Under the pieces are notes generated by a model that was not told the DNA's origin, did no database searches, and saw only the letters and a program-made list of their open reading frames with translations. Shown here piece after piece: positions 1 to 6,923 of a stretch of 41,069 bases of DNA (position 1 is its first letter; each line of letters begins with the position of its first letter). This DNA comes from Candidatus Campbellbacteria bacterium RIFOXYC2_FULL_35_25. GTDB taxonomy: Bacteria; Patescibacteriota; Minisyncoccia; Phycocordibacterales; UBA12079. The DNA lies in assembly GCA_001774495.1 (NCBI GenBank), contig MFAE01000008.1:16150-57218 (forward strand), read 5' to 3'. A program made the translations under genes and the position numbers.

Positions 1-61
1 TGAATCGCCTTTTAAGTTCCTTAAAAGCCATTCGAAGCTTCAACGCTTCTCATCTCCACAG

Positions 62-77
62 ACTGAGCTACGAGCGG
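62..77 (-). pseudogene. 5' end of a tRNA-like gene (acceptor strand plus D-stem), interrupted by hairpin sequence that runs off the window start
   Basis: Minus strand reads CCGCTCG-TA-GCTC-AGT (tRNA positions 1-16 pattern), then diverges into TGTGGAGATGAG and hairpins. It lies about 60 nt downstream of a good promoter. Anticodon not visible. Confidence 0.45.
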
Positions 78-136
78 ATATTTTATTTAATTTTCAATAC
101 CGGCTAACCTATAGACGGATGAAATCAATGTAAAAG

Positions 137-165
137 ACTATACCAAAAAATAGAAAAAAGTCCAA
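137..165 (-). promoter_or_regulatory. sigma70-type promoter TTGGAC-N17-TATAGT with extended -10 TG
   Basis: Reverse complement of 137-165; points toward the tRNA-like 5' end at 77. Confidence 0.55.
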
Positions 166-170
166 CAAAT

Positions 171-209
171 CTACTCACTACAAACTACAAACTATCAACT
201 ATCAACTAT
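171..209. repeat. Degenerate heptamer tandem repeat (CTACTCA/CTACAAA/CTATCAA)
   Basis: ctactcactacaaactacaaactatcaactatcaactat, overlapping the DoxX stop. Confidence 0.85.
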
Positions 210-610
210 AAAGGTAAATCAAAAGCAAAAATTCCTGGCCCAGAGAAAATAAGGGATAAAAATACTACAAAAAATAAAACATAAAAATCTAGGCTATTGG
301 GGAGAGCTTTTGGTACTTTTATTTTTATAAAAATAGAAATGAGCATTATTATTGAAGCAATTATTGATGCTATTTGAGTTAGAAATCCCACCGTAATCAT
401 CGTTCCGGTAATAATTTCTGTTGAGGCCACTAGCCATAAAAAGATAATAGCTGGCTTTAATCCAATAATATTAAAAAAATTCATTTTACTTTCTCTGTCT
501 TTGGTTAGTTTTAACCATCCAAAATAGAAAAAAATTAAACCAACGGTTATTCGTAGAATCGTAGGGGCTAGTAGCCCGAAGGTTAATAATGCTGGGAATG
601 TAGATAACAT
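206..610 (-). CDS. DoxX family membrane protein
   Basis: Four hydrophobic segments; LRITVGLIFFYFGWLKL, TEIITG, GPGIFAFD motifs. Start moved to ATG 610 (TATACT 7 nt upstream). Confidence 0.8.
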   Translation of the reverse strand: MLSTFPALLTFGLLAPTILRITVGLIFFYFGWLKLTKDRESKMNFFNIIGLKPAIIFLWLVASTEIITGTMITVGFLTQIASIIASIIMLISIFIKIKVPKALPNSLDFYVLFFVVFLSLIFSGPGIFAFDLPL

Positions 611-625
611 ATATAAATAAGTATA

Positions 626-700
626 TGGTATCAAGTATCAAGTATCAAGCCTGCCCGTCAATTGCCTGACGGCTCAAGCCGGATGGTAGGCAGGTATCAA
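626..700. repeat. AAGTATC heptamer array containing a 45-bp CCTGCC...GGCAGG palindromic insert (650-694)
   Basis: ggtatc aagtatc aagtatc aag[cctgcccgtcaattgcctgacggctcaagccggatggtaggcagg]tatcaag. Confidence 0.8.
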
Positions 701-710
701 GTGCTAATTT

Positions 711-752
711 AAAATAAAAAGATGGCGTAGCGCGAGATATCCGCGCTACGCC
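711..752 (-). terminator. Intrinsic terminator of 771..1253
   Basis: 11-bp stem GGCGTAGCGCG/CGCGCTACGCC followed by a T-rich tract on the minus strand. Confidence 0.8.
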
Positions 753-770
753 TCATTGTTCAAGAACCGG

Positions 771-1253
771 TTAGGGGTAAATTCTTCTTCTCCCCGCCAG
801 TCTTTTTTTCTGCCTTAATTTGATGATATCAATCACTTGTTCTGCTGTTTTTTCTAGCGGAACATCGACTCCTCCATCCATTAAGACGTCAATTTGTTCC
901 GCGTAGTTTTGGTCAGGGTTGATAACCGCACGGATACTTACTTCGATGCTGTCAAAGATTATCCTTGCACTAGCCCCTGTGGAAGAATACAAAGGCGTTC
1001 CCATCAATGTAAAAATTTCAATCACTGTTGAATCGACCCCGAGCATTCTGGCAATAAGTTGTTGAAGTTCCTTTGCTAGAGTAGTTTTGGGCCTCCTTGG
1101 GTCCCATGGCTGTCGGCACCTTATGTCGATTTCTCTTCCTGAAAAATGCTCTGTGCATTTAGTGCATTCTCCAAAAACCTGAACCCCCATAGTCCGATCA
1201 TTGTATAGAGGCCCTCTTCTGAAGTCTTTTAGCCCGTTTGTTCTTCTTCCCAT
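771..1253 (-). CDS. Hypothetical protein (160 aa), GC-richer orphan with SD
   Basis: Intact ORF; GGAGG 6 nt before ATG; own promoter and terminator. Confidence 0.75.
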   Translation of the reverse strand: MGRRTNGLKDFRRGPLYNDRTMGVQVFGECTKCTEHFSGREIDIRCRQPWDPRRPKTTLAKELQQLIARMLGVDSTVIEIFTLMGTPLYSSTGASARIIFDSIEVSIRAVINPDQNYAEQIDVLMDGGVDVPLEKTAEQVIDIIKLRQKKRLAGRRRIYP

Positions 1254-1259
1254 CGTTAT

Positions 1260-1333
1260 CCTCCACCCCCGTTGAGGTTAAACAATTTTGAACATCCTGA
1301 TACTCATAATATAAAAAAAATATTTTTTGTCAA
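1260..1333 (-). promoter_or_regulatory. TTGACA-N16-TATTAT promoter plus GGAGG Shine-Dalgarno
   Basis: Read directly from the reverse complement of 1260-1333. Confidence 0.7.
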
Positions 1334-1393
1334 TGGTTTTGGGTTTTAAGAAATAAAATTTATTTTTTAAATTTTTAATGTATCATGTTAGAT

Positions 1394-1873
1394 ATGGATA
1401 ATAACAAAGAAATTTTTTTAATTTTGCACAACATCAGAAGTGTTTATAATGTTGGGGCTATTTTTCGAACAGCTGATGCTTGTGGGGTTTCAAAAATATT
1501 TTTAACTGGATATACCCCTTCTCCGACAGACAGATTTGGACGAGCCAGGAAAGATATTAGCAAATCAGCTTTGGGCGCAGAGAAAAATATTCCATGGGAA
1601 CATCTTCCCAAAGTATCAGAATTATTAAGAGAATTAAAAGAACAAAAAATTCAAATAGTTGCTGTTGAACAATCAAAAGATTCCATTGATTATAAAAAAT
1701 TAAAAATAAATAAATCCACAGCTTTTATTTTCGGGAACGAGGTTGATGGAGTAGATAAAAGTATCCTCGGAGATGTAGACAAAATTATTGAAATTTCTAT
1801 GCTCGGCAAAAAAGAATCTCTCAACGTTTCCGTTTCAGCAGGGGTTGTTTTGTTTCGGGTTCTTAATGTTTAA
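1394..1873 (+). CDS. TrmH/SpoU family RNA methyltransferase
   Basis: ILHNIRSVYNVGAIFRTADA, GNEVDG, KESLNVSVSAG SPOUT motifs. Start taken at the second ATG (7 nt after TATCAT); 1385 is the alternative. Confidence 0.9.
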   Translation: MDNNKEIFLILHNIRSVYNVGAIFRTADACGVSKIFLTGYTPSPTDRFGRARKDISKSALGAEKNIPWEHLPKVSELLRELKEQKIQIVAVEQSKDSIDYKKLKINKSTAFIFGNEVDGVDKSILGDVDKIIEISMLGKKESLNVSVSAGVVLFRVLNV

Positions 1874-1937
1874 AATTAAATGTTGATAATAAACACATAG
1901 AAAGAATAATTAAATTAGAGTATTATATAAGGAGTAT

Positions 1938-3686
1938 ATGCGAATAGACAAAAAAAAGCTCGAAGAATTTATTAAAGACTCAGGTCTTGTTTCTAAATCT
2001 GATTTAGAAATGGCAATAGTAGAGGCAGAAAAAAGTGATTCCGATGTTGCTAATATTTTGGTTGGGATGGGGAAGCTCACCGAAGATGAAGTAAGAAGGA
2101 TTAAAGCCTATATTTTAGGGATTCCTTTTATAAATCTCGTTGGGAAAAAAATTGATTTTGATGTTTTGTCTATTATTCCAGAGCCTATTGCGAGAAACCA
2201 TAATATTATTGCATTTAAGAAAACAGACACAGAACTTGAAGTTGCTATGTTGAATGTAGACGACTTGGAAGCAATAAACTTTATAAAAAAGAAAGTAGAC
2301 CTAAAGATTCTCCCTCGTTTAACTGGAGAAGACTCCATCAAGAACACACTCCTTCAATATCAAAAAACTTTGAAGGCAGAGTTCGGTGACATAATTCAAA
2401 AACAATCTCAATCACTTGAAACCATTCCGGTGGAGAATATGGACAATATCTCTAAAGAAGATTTAAAAAAAATAGCAGAAGATTTGCCTGTTATTCGTAT
2501 AGTAGATACATTATTAAAACACGCGATAATACAAGACGCTTCAGATATTCATATTGAACCAATGGAGGACAAACTTCTCGTCCGCTATAGAATAGATGGA
2601 ATGCTTCACGACGCCATGATTTTACCAAAAAATGCGGCAGCTAGTATCACTGCGAGAATAAAGGTTTTGTCCAACCTAAAACTTGATGAAAAGAGGTTGC
2701 CCCAGGACGGCCGTTTTAAGGTAAAAGCAGAAGACCAAGAAGTTTCTTTTAGAGTTTCTATTCTTCCTGTTTATCACGGTGAGAAAGCCGTTTTGAGACT
2801 TTTGAAGGAAAGCGTTTCGGGCCTTACCCTAGAAGTTCTTGGTTTCCATGGCGATGGTTTGGAGAGAATTTATTCTGCTATGAAACGAAAAACTGGTATG
2901 ATTTTAACAACTGGTCCGACTGGGTCAGGTAAAACTACCACTCTTTATACACTTTTAGATAACTTGAATGAACCCAGTGTAAATATTTCTACAATAGAAG
3001 ACCCGATAGAATATCAAATGCCCAGAATAAATCAAACTCAAGTTAAGCCAGATATTGGTTTTACTTTTTCAAGCGGATTAAGGTCCCTTGTTCGTCAGGA
3101 CCCCGATATTATCATGGTGGGTGAGATTAGAGATAATGAAACTGCCTCTTTGGCAGTCAATGCAGCCCTAACAGGACACTTAGTTTTATCGACACTCCAC
3201 ACAAACTCAGCCGCAGGAGCGATGCCTAGATTTATTGATATGAAAATAGACCCGTTTTTACTCGTGTCGACTTTGGGGGTAATTATTGGGCAGAGACTTG
3301 TTCGTCGCTTGAATGATGATGGGGAAAAATATTTCTTATCGAAATCAGAAATTACTTCTCTGGGCAAGCTTGTTGATTTGGACAGGATGTTATTTTTTTT
3401 GAGGAAAGAAAAAATTATTGGGCAAACTGAGACTTGGGCCAATATCCCTTTTTATAAACCAAAAGTAAAAGAAGGTTCCGATGGATATGCAGGAAGAGTT
3501 GGTATTCATGAGATTTTGCCGGTTTCTAGCACGATAAAAGATTTGATCATTAAAAATGCGACATCAGAGAAGATAGAGGAACAAGCGAAAGACGAAGGGA
3601 TGATGACGATGATTGAAGATGGTATTTTTAAAGCTAGTCAGGGGATTACGACTATTGAGGAAGTTTTGCGAGTTATTTCCGAGTAA
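1938..3686 (+). CDS. pilB: Type IV pilus assembly ATPase, GspE/PilB family
   Basis: ASDIHIEP, RYRIDG, PQDGR, Walker A GPTGSGKTT, EDPIEY, RQDPDIIMVGEIRD, TGHLVLSTLH. Confidence 0.93.
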   Translation: MRIDKKKLEEFIKDSGLVSKSDLEMAIVEAEKSDSDVANILVGMGKLTEDEVRRIKAYILGIPFINLVGKKIDFDVLSIIPEPIARNHNIIAFKKTDTELEVAMLNVDDLEAINFIKKKVDLKILPRLTGEDSIKNTLLQYQKTLKAEFGDIIQKQSQSLETIPVENMDNISKEDLKKIAEDLPVIRIVDTLLKHAIIQDASDIHIEPMEDKLLVRYRIDGMLHDAMILPKNAAASITARIKVLSNLKLDEKRLPQDGRFKVKAEDQEVSFRVSILPVYHGEKAVLRLLKESVSGLTLEVLGFHGDGLERIYSAMKRKTGMILTTGPTGSGKTTTLYTLLDNLNEPSVNISTIEDPIEYQMPRINQTQVKPDIGFTFSSGLRSLVRQDPDIIMVGEIRDNETASLAVNAALTGHLVLSTLHTNSAAGAMPRFIDMKIDPFLLVSTLGVIIGQRLVRRLNDDGEKYFLSKSEITSLGKLVDLDRMLFFLRKEKIIGQTETWANIPFYKPKVKEGSDGYAGRVGIHEILPVSSTIKDLIIKNATSEKIEEQAKDEGMMTMIEDGIFKASQGITTIEEVLRVISE

Positions 3687-3810
3687 ATAATTTCAAAATA
3701 GGATTAAATTATTTTAAAGCGATGGAAAAATATAAATACAAAGAAACTAAAAACAAAATAAAACAAAAAAAGGCTGTCCGACAGCCTAATTTTTTGTTGT
3801 GAATTTTTTT

Positions 3811-3840
3811 CTACTCACTACCAACTACAAACTACTCACT
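3811..3840. repeat. Heptamer repeat (CTACTCA family) upstream of pilC
   Basis: ctactcactaccaactacaaactactcact. Confidence 0.8.
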
Positions 3841-3894
3841 AAACCAATCTATTCACTTTTAACTTTATGCTTTCTACCTTATACTTATGAATAT

Positions 3895-5106
3895 ATGCCC
3901 GTATTTAAATATAAAGCAATAAAAGAAACAGGGGAGGTTTACAATAGCTCAACCGGTGCAAAAGACGAGGAGGAGCTGAAAAAGATAATAAGAGATCAAG
4001 GAGGGTCACTTATTAGTTGTGAGAAGGGGATGGGAGGATGGGGTTCCCTTAAAAATATTTCTTTTGGGGGTTCTGTAAAAATGCAGGACAAAATTATATT
4101 TGCGAAAAATTTAGCGGCTATGATTAGTGCGGGGCTTTCTGTTTCAAAATCATTAACTACTTTAGAAAAACAATTTAAAAATCCATTATTTAAAAAAGTC
4201 ATAGGCGAGATAAATGTAAAGATTAAAGGGGGGCAAACTATAGGTGCTTCAATGAAAGATCATCCAAAAGTTTTTTCTCCACTATTTGTTTCTATGGTAA
4301 GGGCGGGAGAGGAAAGCGGAAATATTTCAAATTCTTTAATGATTGTTTGCGAACAAATGGAAAATTCTTATGCTTTAAAAAAAAGAGTGAAGGGGGCATT
4401 AATTTATCCAACAATAATCTTCATTGTTATGATGATTATTGGAGTGTTGATGCTTATTTTTATAGTACCAACTCTTCAGGCTACTTTTGCTGATTTAGGG
4501 ACCGATTTACCGTTTAGTACTCAGATTATAATTTCTACTAGTGATCTTTTAAAGAATCATTCGATTCTTTTTATTGCTATTGTTTTTGCTATTGTTTTTC
4601 TTATTATTCTTGCTTTTAAAACCAAAAAAGGTCAGAGAATTATTGATATCATATCTTTGAAAACTCCCATGATTTCTTCTATTACCAAAGAGATAAATTC
4701 TGCTTATACCGCGAGGACATTATCTTCCCTTCTTTCTTCGGGGGTTGATGTTTTAAGTGCTTTTGAGATTACTGAAGATGTTTTGCAGAATTCATTTTAT
4801 AAAGAGGTTCTCGGAAAAGCGAGGGAGGGAATTCAAAAAGGAGATCCTGTGGCGGATGTTTTTCTTAAGAATGAAGACTTGTTTCCTCCGATTGTTAGTG
4901 CCATGGTTGAGGTTGGAGAAGAAACTGGAAAATTACCAACCATGCTTCTAAGTGTGGCAGATTTTTACGAAAAAGAAGTTGCCCAAAAAACAAAAAACAT
5001 GTCAGTAATCATTGAACCTGTTTTAATGGTGTTTATTGGTTTGGCTGTTGGCTTTTTTGCGGTTTCTATGATTACCCCAATGTATTCGGTAATGGCGAAT
5101 ATATAA
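3895..5106 (+). CDS. pilC: Type IV pilus platform protein, GspF/PilC family
   Basis: MPVFKYKA start, AGEESG, ALIYP, GEETGKL, IEP motifs; two T2SSF repeats with TM segments. Confidence 0.93.
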   Translation: MPVFKYKAIKETGEVYNSSTGAKDEEELKKIIRDQGGSLISCEKGMGGWGSLKNISFGGSVKMQDKIIFAKNLAAMISAGLSVSKSLTTLEKQFKNPLFKKVIGEINVKIKGGQTIGASMKDHPKVFSPLFVSMVRAGEESGNISNSLMIVCEQMENSYALKKRVKGALIYPTIIFIVMMIIGVLMLIFIVPTLQATFADLGTDLPFSTQIIISTSDLLKNHSILFIAIVFAIVFLIILAFKTKKGQRIIDIISLKTPMISSITKEINSAYTARTLSSLLSSGVDVLSAFEITEDVLQNSFYKEVLGKAREGIQKGDPVADVFLKNEDLFPPIVSAMVEVGEETGKLPTMLLSVADFYEKEVAQKTKNMSVIIEPVLMVFIGLAVGFFAVSMITPMYSVMANI

Positions 5107-5112
5107 TTTAGG

Positions 5113-5216
5113 ACAAAGAAACAAAGAAACAAAGAAACAAAGAAACAAAGAAACAAAGAAACAAAAAAACAAAGAAACAAAGAAACAAAGAAACAAAGAA
5201 ACAAAGAAACAAAAAA
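5113..5216. repeat. Octamer tandem repeat (ACAAAGAA)6 ACAAAAAA (ACAAAGAA)5 ACAAAAAA, 13 units
   Basis: Counted directly; fills the pilC-pilin intergenic region. Confidence 0.97.
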
Positions 5217-5227
5217 TAATAAATATT

Positions 5228-5725
5228 ATGATGAGAAAAAACTTAAATCTACTCACTACTCACTACTCACTACAAACTAAATCCGGATTTAGCTTGTTAG
5301 AAATGTTGTTTGTGATTGGAATTATGGCAATTCTTTTTTTGATAGGAACAAAAATTTTTTCAAATTCGAGTCCAAAGTATAAAGTTGATAATGCCGTCGT
5401 TATTGTTTTAAATTTATTAAATGAAGCAAAATCAATGACATCCTCGGCTGTAGGTTCTTCTCAGTATGGAGTTCATTTTGAAACAACAACCCTAACCCTA
5501 TTTAAGGGAGAAACTTTTTCTGCAGTTGATCCAAATAACAGAGAAATAATTTTAAATGAAAATGTTAATCTTTCAAATATAAGCCTTGCTGGAGGAGGGG
5601 CTGATGTCGTCTTCAATAAATTAATAGGGACAACTGATCATCATGGGACGGTAACTATTTCTCTCGTCTCTGATTTATCTGTGAATGAAATAGTTACAAT
5701 TTTATCAACAGGAATCTCTTACTAA
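5228..5725 (+). CDS. Minor type IV pilin (prepilin N-methylation domain)
   Basis: Class III signal G|FSLLEMLFVIGIMAIL. Confidence 0.88.
   Translation: MMRKNLNLLTTHYSLQTKSGFSLLEMLFVIGIMAILFLIGTKIFSNSSPKYKVDNAVVIVLNLLNEAKSMTSSAVGSSQYGVHFETTTLTLFKGETFSAVDPNNREIILNENVNLSNISLAGGGADVVFNKLIGTTDHHGTVTISLVSDLSVNEIVTILSTGISY
5249..5278. repeat. (CTACTCA)3-CTACAAA-CT heptamer repeat inside the prepilin leader coding region
   Basis: Encodes LLTTHYSLQT upstream of the G|F cleavage site. Confidence 0.85.
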
Positions 5726-5728
5726 ATC

Positions 5729-6211
5729 ATGCTTAAAAATATAGATAAAACAAAAGGTTCAGGATTTGTAGAGTTGATAATCGGCTTATCAATAATTTTT
5801 GTGGCCCTCACTTCCGTTGTTTCTTCTTATAATTTTTTCTTTAAGGTTGCTAAAAATAACACGAAAGTAATAAAAGCTGAGTTTTTGTTAGAAGAGGGGG
5901 TTGAGGTTTTAAAATTTGTAAGAGATTCTGATTGGACTAATATCTCAAGTCTTTCCTCTGGTTCTGATTATTATTTGTCGTTTGACGGCAGTCTCTGGAG
6001 TGTTTCAAACACTAATGTTTACATTGACGATACTTATGAGAGAAAGTTTGTCATTTCTGATGTCTATCGAGATGTTGATGATAATATTGCCGGTATGGGG
6101 GCTCTCGATATAGGGACAAAGGATATCGAGGTTTTTGTTTCTTGGTTGAGTTCAGGGGCCACATCGACGAGATCAATCAATATAATTTTAACGGATTTAT
6201 TCAGTGAATAA
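5729..6211 (+). CDS. Minor type IV pilin (PilV-like), atypical KG|SGFVE cleavage site
   Basis: Basic leader, E at +5, hydrophobic helix; position in the operon. Confidence 0.8.
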   Translation: MLKNIDKTKGSGFVELIIGLSIIFVALTSVVSSYNFFFKVAKNNTKVIKAEFLLEEGVEVLKFVRDSDWTNISSLSSGSDYYLSFDGSLWSVSNTNVYIDDTYERKFVISDVYRDVDDNIAGMGALDIGTKDIEVFVSWLSSGATSTRSINIILTDLFSE

Positions 6212-6213
6212 AT

Positions 6214-6723
6214 ATGTCATATAAAAAAGGATTTTCATTAATAGAGGTTTTGGTTTATATAGCGGTTATGGTTATCGTTCTGCTTATTGTTGTTAATACC
6301 GCGTTACTCATGACTAAAGCTTATCAGGAAATGAGGTTGTCAGTAAACATGAATAATTCCGCCGTAAGTATTTTAGAAAGAATGAGTCGTGAGGCGCGGT
6401 GGTCTTCTAGTGTTAATACCACGGATAGTATTTTGAATAATAATTCTGGCCTCTTAGTTTTGAATAGAATTGATGAGTCGGAAGTGACAACTGAAATTAG
6501 GTTTTATATTGAAAATGGTAGTTTGGTGATAAAAGAAGGGTTGTCTGATGCTGTGGCTTTGAACGCGCCAGGTAAGGTTTTTGTTGATAAATTTTTTGTA
6601 ACAAGGATTGATAGCGGGATATCAGAAATGGTAAAGATTGAAATTGAATTAAGAGGGATGTTGAAGGACAGAATAAAAATGGAAACATTCTATGACTCGA
6701 TTATTTTAAGAGAGTCCTATTGA
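6214..6723 (+). CDS. Minor type IV pilin (PilW-like)
   Basis: KKG|FSLIEVLVYIAVM. Confidence 0.88.
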   Translation: MSYKKGFSLIEVLVYIAVMVIVLLIVVNTALLMTKAYQEMRLSVNMNNSAVSILERMSREARWSSSVNTTDSILNNNSGLLVLNRIDESEVTTEIRFYIENGSLVIKEGLSDAVALNAPGKVFVDKFFVTRIDSGISEMVKIEIELRGMLKDRIKMETFYDSIILRESY

Positions 6724-6729
6724 ATGTTG

Positions 6730-6758
6730 GTGAGTAGTTTGTAGTGAGTCGTGAGTAG
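6730..6758. repeat. Heptamer repeat in reverse orientation (GTGAGTA family)
   Basis: gtgagtagtttgtagtgagtcgtgagtag, approximately the reverse complement of 5249-5278. Confidence 0.8.
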
Positions 6759-6794
6759 AAAAAGTTTAAAAATTATTAAATTAAAGAAAAAGAT

Positions 6795-6848
6795 ATGAAA
6801 GTTATTTTATTATAAGATGTTCCAAAGATCGGTAAAAAGTTAAAAGTA
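6795..6848 (+). pseudogene. rplI: 5' remnant of ribosomal protein bL9 gene with an in-frame stop
   Basis: Translates MKVILL*DVPKIGKKLKV, matching the bL9 N-terminus pattern MKVILLxDVxxxGKK; not in the ORF track. Confidence 0.6.
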
Positions 6849-6885
6849 GGAATGAAAATGAATTTTCGCGAAGCAAAAATTCATT

Positions 6886-6915
6886 CTACTCACTACTCAC
6901 CACAAACTACAAACT
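6886..6915. repeat. Heptamer repeat (CTACTCA family) upstream of the PilX-like gene
   Basis: ctactcactactcaccacaaactacaaact. Confidence 0.8.
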
Positions 6916-6923
6916 AAAACATT

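Noticed and set aside
5113-5216. Possible CRISPR array
   Set aside because: 8-bp units with no spacers; no cas genes and no 23-50 bp repeat-spacer pattern anywhere in the window.
4965-5256. ORFs 4965..5204 and 5023..5256 with repeated FFVSLFLC
   Set aside because: Antisense read-through of the ACAAAGAA array, overlapping pilC and a pilin; not credible genes.
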